NCBI RefSeq assembly: GCF_001194135.2
Contig: NC_068992.1
Location: 17,407,218-17,457,200 of the forward strand
Length of the DNA stretch: 49,983 nt
Source of the DNA: Octopus bimaculoides
Taxonomy: Eukaryota
Direction: 5' to 3'
Below are positions 13,080-24,129 of this stretch, one piece after another. Every line of letters begins with the position of its first letter. Within the stretch, counting starts at the first letter, position 1. The notes below the pieces were generated by a model. The model did no database searches and had not been told where the DNA came from. It was given only the letters and a program-made list of their open reading frames with translations. Position numbers and translations under genes: made by a program.

Positions 13080-13342
13080 ATATATATACGTGTGTGTGTG
13101 TGTGTGTTTGTTTGATTAAATAATAAATTTACAGCATTGAATCTAATATTCCTCTAACTATTAAACTTTATAGTGTGACTGTCCCTACCTCTTCTACACC
13201 TCATCATGCTCATGGCAAAATCAGTGAATGGTTACTGAAAGCAGATTGGGATCAGGCAATACTTCACCGAGAGGAGATATAGGCTTCTGCTTATTCCTGT
13301 CTGAAGTATCGTCCGATACTTCAGACTTATCGTCCGATGAAT

Positions 13343-13586
13343 TTACTTTGTTGACATATCGACAGAATTTTTATACCTTTCAATCAAGTCCGCCTTTCTT
13401 CCAGTAACATACAGTCCATATAATCTTAAATATTTCTTTAACTCAGGCANNNNNNNNNNTTTTATACCTTTCAATCAAGTCCGCCTTTCTTCCAGTAACA
13501 TACAGTCCATATAATCTTAAATATTTCTTTAACTCAGGCACAGTAAGTACTTCGATAGCTGAATCATCGAGCTGCTTTATATCCAT
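13343..13586 (-). pseudogene. Degenerate SAP-domain ORF (MDIKQLDDSAIEVLTVPELKKYLRLYGLYVTGRKADLIERYK...), probably transposon-derived
   Basis: Fits the SAP consensus (L.V.ELK..L...GL...G.K.DLI.R). Stops after about 50 codons once the 81-bp gap duplication is collapsed. Confidence 0.6.
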
Positions 13587-13835
13587 GATAAGACGTAAAA
13601 CAATAACAATAGTGTGGATAGTCTGCGGAAGTTTAATTGTCCACATGGAGCGTCGCCTAGCCAAGGGAGATAACCTACTTATAGGAAAGCGCTATAAGGG
13701 TTGTTTTATCCTCTGGTTCAGGGGAGACAACTCGTCCTCATTAACGTTTTTATATATTAAAACTTAAATCTTGATTTCTGAGCGTTTCCTCACGTCCGCG
13801 ACGTAGAAAATTAAAATTTTTCTTTTTTTTTTTGT

Positions 13836-13900
13836 ATAGAGTCTGACGAGCTGTCCACAAGGCTTTGCCTTTGTGGATACTAAACTTTCGGTAACTCTAT
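13836..13900 (+). ncRNA. Type I hammerhead-like motif with a G12U core substitution
   Basis: AUAGAGU-CUGACGA-G...UCCACAA/UUGUGGA...C-UAAA-C(UUUCG)G-UA-ACUCUAU; perfect 7-bp stem I. Confidence 0.6.
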
Positions 13901-14050
13901 GTCCAGAATTTTAAGAATATAGTAAAATCTAAAATATTTATTAGATATGATCTAATTATAAATCTCACAGAGAGAATTAAGCAGCAGTGTTACGATAAAG
14001 CAGTTGTATATTGTCAACTCAATATGACAGTCCCAAGAAGGGAATCATGC

Positions 14051-14221
14051 TGCTGCTATTTAGCCCAAGGAAGCTGGATCGCTTCCTGTCGGCCTTGACA
14101 TATTTCCTGTGTCCTTATATTTGCAAGGGGGTGCTTGTCTCCCCCTCGTAAACATAAGGACACAGGAAATGTGTCAAAGCCGACAGGAAGCGGTCCAGCT
14201 TCCTAGGGCTAAATAGCAGCA
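14051..14221. repeat. 171-bp foldback hairpin (81-bp arms, 9-nt loop)
   Basis: TGCTGCTATTTAGCCC...GGGGG-tgcttgtct-CCCCC...GGGCTAAATAGCAGCA, with about 7 mismatches. Confidence 0.93.
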
Positions 14222-14485
14222 AGAATGCTTTGGGGGTTTGAATAATTCACCATTGGAAACATGGGTATTTTGTTCAACACCCTTAAACAACCCTTCAACC
14301 TGAAAAAAATTCTAACTGGGTTCCACCTGCAAGGTCTAGCACTGTTTATCTTAAAATATGAGATCACCATGTTGCGCACATATGGTTGTGATGCATGTAC
14401 CCGGTGTACCCTTATCAGACGGGTAGTCATGATGGGTATAGTAGGCTTCATATATTTTACCCGTGTCACTTTGATGCACTGATCT
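14222..14485 (-). mobile_element. Interspersed repeat, inverted partial copy of 20214-20730(+)
   Basis: Shared AAAGTGACAC...GGGTAAAATAT..AAGCC...ACCATATGTG...TCATAT..AAGATAAACAG...AAGGGTTGTTTAAGG. Confidence 0.75.
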
Positions 14486-14574
14486 CTCTCTCAATAATAA
14501 TATACATGCATAAATACATACATACATACTTATGGACCTCTCCAGTTATTAAATGACAAATGAGAATTCCACAA

Positions 14575-15120
14575 TCTCTCACTATGGTGCTGCTACACCA
14601 GTCATTGGGTATGACTCCTTCATGAACTACCTTTTTTATAATACAGGTGACTAGACCATAACCCACACCACCAGATATTTTAAACATCTCAGCTGTGATT
14701 CCTGATGGGCCAGGGGCTTTCCCTGTCTTCATATCCTTAATTGCTTTATCCATCAGGGTACTATTGATTCGGGTAGGTAGTCCCTCAATTGGATCAACAT
14801 TTGGCAGGCTCCCCTCCTCCCATTCATTCTCCACATTCAGCAGACTTTCATAATGGCATCTCCAAGCCTCTTTCTTTGCAGAATCGTTAAATGCAAGTGC
14901 ACCAGAGATAATTGCAGCTATACTATTCTGCAAGCACTCTATCGCATACCCAGACTACCTCTTTCACCTTATCCACCCATTTCTCTGCAAGGAATATGCC
15001 TACACCACCTACTCTGTCACTGTTATCTTCCCAGAAGATTTTATACCCATGTGCTTTACCTCTCTACCTTACCTCTTGTATGCAGTATACATGAACATGT
15101 CCCTGTTCAAGCATCTCTAT
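14575..15120 (-). mobile_element. RTE-clade LINE ORF fragment (linker/RT N-terminal region)
   Basis: AIKDMKTGKAPGPSGITAEMFK...IPNDWCSSTIV matches the K.GKA.G.DGI.AE...P.DW pattern of non-LTR ORF2. Confidence 0.85.
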
Positions 15121-15291
15121 AATCTCACTAGACCTACCTTTCAATGTGCCTACATAGACAGTGCCAACTATAAATACTGGGAAAAGGATGTGGAAGAAAA
15201 CATGGGAAGGAGAGTTGTTATTCAGTGCCTGAATATATACAATTTTACATAAATAAATATAAATTTACATAATTTTACAAAACGTTGTCAG

Positions 15292-15328
<37 letters not shown>

Positions 15329-15659
15329 ATGTGTGTGTGTGTGTGTGTGAGTATATGCATATACACACATATACATGCATATATATTATATATACAACAT
15401 ATACACACACACACACATATATATAGAGAGAGAGAGAGAGGGAGATAGCTTCCATAATAAATGTCCGTTAACTACGTTACACAAACACGTAACTAAAATA
15501 AGTTATCCTAAGCGAAAAACGAAAACGGTGTGGTTCCACGTTGGGATCGGGCAGGTCATCGGGAGGCGGAACAATAATTTGGGGAGGACTTACATCTAAC
15601 ATCACCTAAAACCAGAGTGCCTGTCTTGCTTTCCAACGAAACCGAAGAAAACAGCGAAA

Positions 15660-15720
15660 TTTCTCCCCCAACAAATGACGTTTGCGCACGTTTTGATGAC
15701 GTAGGGCACAGCTGAAGGAA
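15660..15720 (+). promoter_or_regulatory. Possible MRG15 promoter segment with two CRE-like ATGACGT motifs
   Basis: TGACGT at 15676-15681 and 15697-15702, in a CpG-enriched stretch (about 15460-15740) roughly 400 bp upstream of the ATG. Motif match only. Confidence 0.3.
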
Positions 15721-16084
15721 TCAACACTATTCACCCGCCAGATTTTAGTTTATATATATATATATATTTATATATATATGTATATGTATTTGTATATCCA
15801 TAGCTAAATACACACGCATATATATATATATATATATATATATCTATATATATATATATATTATAACTTAAGTATGTACGGAGGTGAGGTACATGCGTAC
15901 AAGAATAGTCTAGATTAAATTATATTGTCCCTTTAATCATCTTCCCCTAAATTTATCCTCAGCTTAAACGACAGTGGTATCGCTCTATTTCATCATCCCA
16001 CACCAGAAAAGTTCATTTTCAAAGAATTGCATTTAAAAAGAAAAAAAATACCCTAGCAAAACATCACAACACAAGCCGGAAAGA

Positions 16085-16112
16085 ATGCCTCCCAAAATGA
16101 AGTTCATTGAAG
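16085..16112 (+). CDS. MORF4L1: MRG15/MORF4L1 exon 1 CDS (MPPKMKFIE-G, phase 1)
   Basis: ATGCCTCCCAAAATGAAGTTCATTGAAG|GTTTGC joins in frame to exon 2, giving KF.EGERVLC, the typical MRG15 start. Confidence 0.85.
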
Positions 16113-16753
16113 GTTTGCGTCTTCGTTATATGCATGTTATGTTGTGTTGTGTTTGTTTGTTTGTATATATCTATCTATACATATATATGTATATAATCGG
16201 ATTGTATTAGACGACTCACGCGCGTGTATATAATCATATATGTGTATGTTATGTATGTATACAACTCACGTGATTCTTCGTGTTTTGTGCTTGGTATAAT
16301 ATATACTCAAGTCGAAGAAAACGGTGTAAGAGTATTTGGAATGGATTTAAGCGCATATATATATATATATATTATATGTATTTATTTTCTCTAAGTTAAT
16401 AATTAACTCCGACAAAATAAATTGGTTAATAGATACCAGGGTAGCAAAGATCACAAAATGACTGTGGTGTAACTCCTGTTTATGAAGTAGAAACTCTTTG
16501 TTATTTTGGGTACTTAAGTAAATATATAAATTTAGTGATTGGAGTAAAACGCATATGTTAACTGATATATATATGTGTGTGTGTGTTCGTTTCGATCGAG
16601 TCTGTTACTCACTACTCAGAGTTTCGCCTGCGGGTACAGAAAACATATATATATACACACACACAAACATGCATGCACATACCTATAAAATACGTTTCAT
16701 ATGTCTGTTCATCTTGCTATTTCTGAATAAATCTAAAGTTTTTCTCTTGTTGG

Positions 16754-16798
<45 letters not shown>

Positions 16799-17629
16799 AT
16801 ATATAGGGTTTTCAGTTCCCATGTTTCTCTTTCTAAAATTTATTGCAAGAAATTATTTCGATTTATACTTCGACATTCGAGACAAATGTTTTATTACGTG
16901 TTATAATCAAACAAGCAATCAATTTCGCGATCGTTCTACCTTCTAGAATCGTCAGCCAAGCCTGTATTAAATCGCATTATATCATCTTTAAAAAAAGGTT
17001 GCATTTATGTTACCTGGAGTGAAATACTCTTTGGTCATGGTTGAATACTTGCAGGCATAACCCGCCATATAGTCAATACAAAGCAATTTTCGTTACTATA
17101 AGCCAGACATCATAATTTGGAGGTGAGAGACAAGAATGGAATGTATTGTTCATGTATTTCCCCAAGTGCATTTAAAGGTGCAAGTGAATTGAATTGGCTT
17201 CCACTGAACATCGAAATCCGTTCACAGTGAGCCAACATCGAAACCTCTTTGCAGTATTTCGGTTTGCTAGAAACAGCAGCCGTATCACTTTCAAATCGTA
17301 TTTATCCCAAATGAGAAGGGATCCTCTACGTGGTCGCTCGAAATAACAGCTATATCCAAACCCATACCTCACTGTCTTAAATAAAGAAGGGAGACTCCAC
17401 ACGATTTCTCGCCCTGCTATACATAACATCGAAACTTCCCTCAAATCGCGGAGTTTTAAATAAAGGATAGACTGGACATTGTTATTTGGTATTTTACCTG
17501 AGGTCAGCTCTAATCAAGCAGACCTTAACATGAAAGGTATTTCAGCCTTTTTGTCTATTATCTTGGATTAATCTGTTTGTACATTATTTACATTTGACGG
17601 ATAATTGTCCTCGTCTTATTTGTCGTAAA

Positions 17630-17668
17630 CGCAACGTTTCGGCTGATATACCCTCCAGCCTTCATCAG
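17630..17668 (-). ncRNA. Minimal hammerhead core (Penelope-like type) with disrupted stem I
   Basis: CUGAUGA-A-GGCUG(GAGGGUAUAU)CAGCC-GAAA-CG-UU-GCG; stem III is the palindrome ACGU. Confidence 0.6.
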
Positions 17669-18954
17669 CCACCAAATGTATATAATGTACGTAATTCCTC
17701 ATCTCTTAAATATAGAACTGTAATCTGTTGGTGTCTGAGGACAATTTAGCGGCTACTTCTAACTGATCAACTTGGCTCATCGGATAAGGGCCCAAGAGTG
17801 GAATGTTTACGATCAGGAGTTTGGGATTCAAAAGAAGAATAACAATCGGTTCTCGAATTCAGCTTGAGATTTTGCTTTATTCCGAATAGATTTGTTTAGC
17901 TCCAGACCAAACCCTGCGAACGAGCAGTTACCAGGACAAGAACATGTAATCAGTGGGTCCATATTTACTCGCTTGCGTATTATTACATTTAGTTATACAA
18001 GACCTTTGTCGGTCAGTATTGGCTTCAAATTTTGACACAAAACCAGTAATTTCGGGAGAGAGGATACGTTCATTACATCGACTCCAGTGCTCAACTGGTA
18101 CTTATTTTATCGCCCCCGAAAGGGACGAAAAGCAAAGTGGATCTCAGTGGAATTTGAACTCAGAAAGTGAAACCGATGTTGTGTTACCCCTGGTGGTCCG
18201 CAAATATAGTACTGGGGGTCCGTGAACTAAATTCAAAATTTCATATATATATATATATATAAGGATAAGCATATTAAAAGGGATCTATGAGAAAACTCAT
18301 TTAAATAAAAGGGTTGGGAACCACTGGATAGTGGGACAGAGATAGGTGTCTTGCTGTAGAGACATGGATACCCCAGTTGGAAGAGAAAGGTGAGTTTGAG
18401 AGTAAGATAAAGAAAGTTAGTGAGTCATATATTTATTATGGGCTTCTTTCAGTTTCCATCTACCAAATTCACTCTCATGGCTTTGGTTGGTTTGAGGCTG
18501 TAGCAGAAGACACCTGCCCAAGGTGCCACGCAGTGGGACTGAACCCAGAACCATGTGGTTGGGAAGCAAACTTGTGTCTTGATAGTGTTTAGTTACAATG
18601 ACAGTTCTTACAATCAAAGGCCATTCCAGTTGAGACCATTCCCGTTTATTTGTTGAAAAAATTTTATTTTCCATTTCAAGAATAGTGTTTTAGAATATAT
18701 CATGTAATCTGCTCAAGACCAGGAAGCTGGCAGAATTATTAGCATGCCAGACAAAATGCTTTGTGGTATTTCTGGCTTTACACTCTGAGTTCAAATGCCA
18801 CTGAAGTCAACTTTGCCTTGCGTCCTTTTGGGGTCAGTGAAATAAGTACCAGTTGAATACTGGGTCAATGTATGGAACTTAACCCCTTGCCTAAAATTGC
18901 TGGCCTTGGGCCAGAATTAGGAACTGTTATCTAATGTATCTTTCTGACCTTTAA

Positions 18955-19178
18955 CCCTTCTGATACCAACCCGGCTGAAACCGTCTCTGGCTCTCTAGTA
19001 CAAATATATCTTGCTTTCAAAAGTTCTGGATTAAAATCTTCCACCAAACCTTAGTCACAACTTATGTTCCTAACCTTAGCTTAATGATAACAAAGTTATT
19101 TTACTGAATTCTTTGTTATATTTAAAATTAATTGAAAGAAACACAGAGCATTTCAACAGAAATATGATAACAACAAGG
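18955..19178. mobile_element. piggyBac-like MITE flanked by TTAA; opposite-orientation copy at about 46571-46787, partial copies near 3590 and 38230
   Basis: TTAA|CCCTT...AAGG|TTAA ends, and internal sequence shared between copies. Confidence 0.65.
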
Positions 19179-19384
19179 TTAAACCAGCAGCCTCCAACCT
19201 TTATTTACACCACATTCTGTCTTTGTGTGGTGTGTGTCACCATGGAAATACAGGCTGGACTAAACAGAAGAGGAGATGACACATCAGATGTTAATTAAAT
19301 TTTTCCCTAATGATGTAATTACTGATTAGGCTTTTTGTATTTCTATTTTTCTAACTCACGTGCTTTCTTTTTCTCTGTTTCAAG

Positions 19385-19431
19385 GTGAAAGGGTACTGTG
19401 CTATCATGGCCCTCTCTTGTACGAAGCAAAA
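19385..19431 (+). CDS. MORF4L1: MRG15 exon 2 (GERVLCYHGPLLYEAK, 47 bp)
   Basis: ttcaag| acceptor and |gtaagg donor; chromo-barrel signature peptide. Confidence 0.97.
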
Positions 19432-19554
19432 GTAAGGCTTTTTTTTTCATCTTTTTATTTTATCTTATATATACTTTCTCAGCATTACCATCATTCATGT
19501 TGTTGTTGTTGTGGTTGTTGTGGTTGTTGTTGTTGTTGTGGTTGTTGTTGTTAA

Positions 19555-19770
19555 GGCAGCAAGCTGGCAGTATCATTAGTGTGCTGGACAAAATGCTTAG
19601 TGGTATTTCATCTGCCACTATGTTGTGAGTTCAAATTCCGCCGAGGTCGACTTTGCCTTTCATCCTTTCAGGTTCAATAAAATAAGTACCTTTGAAATAC
19701 TGGAGATGATGTAATCAATGCATCCCCACGCCCCTAAGCTGCCCTTGTAGCAAAAATTTGAAATAATAAT
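19555..19770 (+). mobile_element. SINE family B (GGCAGCGAGCTGGCAG...GAGTTCAAATTCCGCCGAGGTCGAC...; (TTA)n tail); many copies, e.g. 5560-6330(-), 18700-18930, 19963-20170, 31400-31610, 33188-34580, 35450-35900, 36928-37365
   Basis: Repeated about 200-bp unit with B-box-like GAGTTCAAAT and TTA tails. Confidence 0.85.
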
Positions 19771-20845
19771 AATTATTATTATTATTACTCTCTGAGTGGT
19801 TGTCGTTAGGAAGGGCATCCAGCTGTAGAAACTCTGCCAAATTTAGATTGGAGCCTGGTGTTGCCATCCGGTTTCACCAGTCCTCAGTCAAGTTGTCCAA
19901 CTCATGCTAGCATGGAAAGCGGACATTAAACGATGATGATGATGATTATTATTATTGTTATCAAGGCGGTGAGCTGGCAGGATTGTTAGCGTGCTGGAAG
20001 AAATGCTTAGCAGTATTTCATCTGTCTTAATGTTCTGAGTTCAAACTCCGCCAAGATCAACTTTGCCTGTCATCCTATTGGGGTCGATAAATTAAATACC
20101 AGTGAAACACTGGGTCGATGTAATCGACTAGTCCTCTCCTACCAAATTCCAGGTTTTGTGCCTACAGTAGAAAAGATTATTATTATTATAATTATTATTA
20201 TTATTGAGTGAGAAAGCAGTGCATGCCATTAAAGTGACACTGGGGTAAAATATACCAAGCCCAGCATGCCCATCATGACTACCAGTCTGATCCGGGTACA
20301 CCAGGCACATGCATCACAACCATATGTGTGTGACATAGTTATCTCATATCAAGATAAACAGCACATGACCTTGCAAGTGGGGCCCATCCCGCTCAAAAGG
20401 TCCTTGAATAAGGGTTGTTTAAGGCTGTTGAACAAAACACTCGTGTTTCCAGAAGTGAATTATCCAAACCCTAAAGAATTCCTCTCAACACATGGCTATG
20501 ATGCTCCCCCACTACTCCTGCTCATGATCAGAGATGCACATATCATCAGCCACCAAGGGACATGCTCAACTGGTTAAGGTCAAACAACTGACAAGCAAAT
20601 CTGTGGTATTGAGCAGAATATTTGCTGTAGCTTATCTTTTATACCAAGACAAAACAATGTACATGATAACACTTCCAATCAATTAAGATCTGAAGCCATG
20701 AGAGTCACAGCCTGGCACTGCATCAGGGCATCATCATCATCATTATTATTATTATTATTATTATTTGTTTTAGTTGATTATTGCTATTACCAGAGTGTTT
20801 TTGTTATTAATACCTGTGAGTTTGTTTTTGTTGTTGTTGTTTCAG

Positions 20846-20913
20846 TGTGTGAAGTCCGAGGTGAAGGATAAAACAGTGCGGTATTTCATTCACTACAATG
20901 GCTGGAATAAAAA
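20846..20913 (+). CDS. MORF4L1: MRG15 exon 3 (CVKSEVKDKTVRYFIHYNGWNK, 68 bp, ends phase 2)
   Basis: ttcag| acceptor and |gtaagt donor; YFIHYxGWNK chromo-barrel motif. Confidence 0.97.
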
Positions 20914-21302
20914 GTAAGTAACGCCTTCTTGAAATGTTGAGCCTGATTCATTCAGGGGTTGCTCTTCAAATTGTATGGGCTTTTTCAACAGTTTTTAAAC
21001 CCCCAGGTCCCACCTGACTAAGCAAACCTATGCTATATCAGCCATGATCATCCTCTCCTTATTTCTAAACAAGCAGAACATTTGATAAAGTAATCTGAAT
21101 GCTAAAGGGTTGCTTAAGCCTGTAGCATATAAACTGGCCATATCTGGCCAAAATATTCTATCTGTTTTATGTTTGGCTGGGTCTGGCCTCTCACACCAAC
21201 CCTACAATGTCATTCCAAAACTAAACAATCACATCATCGAAATCTCAAAGCTGATACAGGATTAATTCAAAACAGTGTGAATAAATAAGCATTACATGTG
21301 CC

Positions 21303-21640
21303 AGTGAAGGCACATGGCTCAGTGGTTAGAGCACCAGGCTCGCCATCATAAGGTAGTGAGTTCGATTCCAGGACCGGGCCGTGTGTTGTACTCTTGAGCA
21401 AGACGCTTTATTTCACTTTTCTCCAGTTCACTCAGCTGTAGAAATCAGTTGCAATGTCACTGGTGTCAAGTTGTATCAGCCTTTGCCTTTCCCTTGGATA
21501 ACATTGGTGGTATGGAGAGGGAAAACTGGTGTGCATGGACGACTGCTGGTCTTCCATAAATGGCCTTGCCCTGTCTTGTGCCTCGGAGGGTAACTTTCTA
21601 GGTGCAATCCCATGTTCATTCATGACCAAAGAGGGTCTAT
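21303..21640 (+). mobile_element. tRNA-derived SINE family C; related copy at about 37860-38090(-)
   Basis: A box TGGCTCAGTGGTTAG and B box GAGTTCGATTC, followed by the shared body TTGAGCAAG..C..TTTATTTCAC...CTCCAGT.CACTCAGCTG. Confidence 0.75.
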
Positions 21641-24053
21641 TACATTTGACAGTAATCTGAATGCTAAAAGGTTAAATTCCAATTGTGTACTTAAGCCTTT
21701 TGTTTCCTATGGAGCATCAGCCATTGAAGAATTTTCTCCACCATTCTCAACTTTGGGCTGTTGAAAATGAATTCCTCTCCCAAGTCATGCTGGTTTTAAA
21801 TTGTCATCAGTGCTTCTGTAGCTTTGCTTTTTTTTCATTTTAGTAAATAAAGAAAAAAAAGCATTATTCACCTCACCTGTGCTTGTGCCACGTAAAAAGC
21901 ACTAAGTCCACTCTGCTGAATGGTTGGTGTTAGGAAGGGCATCCAGCTGTAAAAATCCTGCCAAAACAGTCACAGAAGTTTGGTGCAGGCTTCGGCCTGG
22001 CCGGCTCGTGTGGTACCGTCCCACCCATGCTAGCATGGAAGATGGACGTTAAACGACAACGATGATGCTGATGTAAGGATGTTGGCGCTATGCAAACCTA
22101 TTTTTATCTTTTGGGAGAGGTAGTCCATAATTAGTCTTTCCTCTATCATTTGACCTGTGCAGTGTGGGAGGGGGCCCCACCAAGAGATTGCATTTCACTG
22201 ACATAGCTCTTGGGGGCAATCATCATCATCATCATTTAACGTCTGTTTTCCATGCTGGCATGGGTTGGACAGTGTGACTGAAAACTGGTAAGCTGGGGAG
22301 CTGCATCAGGTTCCAATCTGATTTGACAAGGTTTCTACAGCTGGATTCCCTTTCTAATGCCAACCATTCCAAGAGTGTAGTGAGTGCTTTTTATGTGCCA
22401 CCGGCACCCATTAGCCACAACTACGATCTCACTTGGCTTGACAGGTCTTCTCAAGAACGGTACATTACCAAAGGTCTCAGTCACTAGTCATTGTCTCCAT
22501 GAGATCCAACGTTCAAAAAGTGGTTTTTATGTGCCACCGGCACAGGTGCCAGTTACAAAACACCGGCGTCAACAATGACTGATCTCATTTGGCTTGACAG
22601 ATCTTCTCAAACATGGTATATCACTGAAGGTTTCTGTCACTAGTTACTGCTTCTGTGAGGCCCAGTATTCGAAGGGTGCTTTTTACATGCCAGTCATATG
22701 ACACTGGTATTCGCCAGTTACGTGTCACTGGCATCAAGCAGGCACTGACATCGGCCAGTTATGCAACACTGGTATTGGCCAGGCACTGGCATTAGCCATG
22801 ACACTGGTGAGGCACAACCCCCCCCTCAGCCCCACCTCTGCAACAAAGAATGGACCTCATGGTGGAAATTAAAAACCATATAATCATCTCTTACTCTTAC
22901 TCTTTTACTTGTTTCAGTCATTTGACTGTGGCCATGCTGGAGCACCACCTTTACTCGAGAAAATCGACCCCAGGACTTATTCTTTGTAAGCCTAGTACTT
23001 ATTCTATCGGTCTCTTTTTGCTGAACCGCTAAGTTACGGGGACGTAAACACACCAGCATCGGTTGTCAAGCGATGTTGGGGGCACAAACACATACACACA
23101 TACATATACATATATACATATATACGACGGGCTTCTTTCAGTTTCCGTCTACCAAATCCACTCACAAGGCTTTTGGTCAGCCCGAGGCTATAGTAGAAGA
23201 CACTTGCCCAAGGTGCCACGCAGTGGNNNNNNNNNNNNNNNNNNNNNNNNNNNNNNNNNNNNNNNNNNNNNNNNNNNNNNNNNNNNNNNNNNNNNNNNNN
23301 NNNNNNNNNNNNNNNNNNNNNNNNNNNNNNNNNNNNNNNNNNNNNNNNNNNNNNNNNNNNNNNNNNNNNNNNNNNNNNNNNNNNNNNNNNNNNNNNNNNN
23401 NNNNNNNNNNNNNNNNNNNNNNNNNNNNNNNNNNNNNNNNNNNNNNNNNNNNNNNNNNNNNNNNNNNNNNNNNNNNNNNNNNNNNNNNNNNNNNNNNNNN
23501 NNNNNNNNNNNNNNNNNNNNNNNNNNNNNNNNNNNNNNNNNNNNNNNNNNNNNNNNNNNNNNNNNNNNNNNNNNNNNNNNNNNNNNNNNNNNNNNNNNNN
23601 NNNNNNNNNNNNNNNNNNNNNNNNNNNNNNNNNNNNNNNNNNNNNNNNNNNNNNNNNNNNNNNNNNNNNNNNNNNNNNNNNNNNNNNNNNNNNNNNNNNN
23701 NNNNNNNNNNNNNNNNNNNNNNNNNNNNNNNNNNNNNNNNNNNNNNNNNNNNNNNNNNNNNNNNNNNNNNNNNNNNNNNNNNNNNNNNNNNNNNNNNNNN
23801 NNNNNNNNNNNNNNNNNNNNNNNNNNNNNNNNNNNNNNNNNNNNNNNNNNNNNNNNNNNNNNNNNNNNNNNNNNNNNNNNNNNNNNTATAAAATTGTCCA
23901 ATATTTTCTCCTATTTCTCTAATTGATTAATTACAACGCTTCTAAAAGCAAACTTCGTTAGTTTATTTACGTTTGTCGTAATTTGAATTTAACATATGAG
24001 AGCGTCTCATAAAGTGAGATTTATATATCTTAATTTGCAGAGGAATTTGTAGT

Positions 24054-24129
24054 GGGTAGTTTAGCTTAATCGGTCAAAGCATCGTGACATGTAATCACGG
24101 GGATGTGAGTTCGAGTCCACAGCTAGCCA
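24054..24129 (+). pseudogene. tRNA-Thr(TGT)-like sequence inside a repeat
   Basis: D arm GCTT/AAGC, anticodon arm CGTGA-CATGTAA-TCACG, T arm GTGAG-TTCGAGT-CCAC. Lacks U33 and has a T-stem deletion, so it is not a canonical tRNA. Confidence 0.65.

Noticed and set aside
13299-13326. Perfect 13-bp-arm hairpin GTCTGAAGTATCG-TC-CGATACTTCAGAC
   Set aside because: Short, adjacent to a local TATCGTCCGAT duplication, and has no GAAA partner. Most simply a small inversion or slippage scar.
13369-13540. 81-bp direct duplication within the SAP ORF
   Set aside because: Exact copies flank a 10-N gap, typical of an unmerged contig overlap.
16923-16955. CUGACGA...GAAA on the minus strand
   Set aside because: Stem II does not close next to GAAA, and there is no stem I or III pairing.
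24054-24129. Functional tRNA-Thr gene
   Set aside because: It lacks U33, has a T-stem deletion and irregular spacing. Kept only as a tRNA-like repeat domain.
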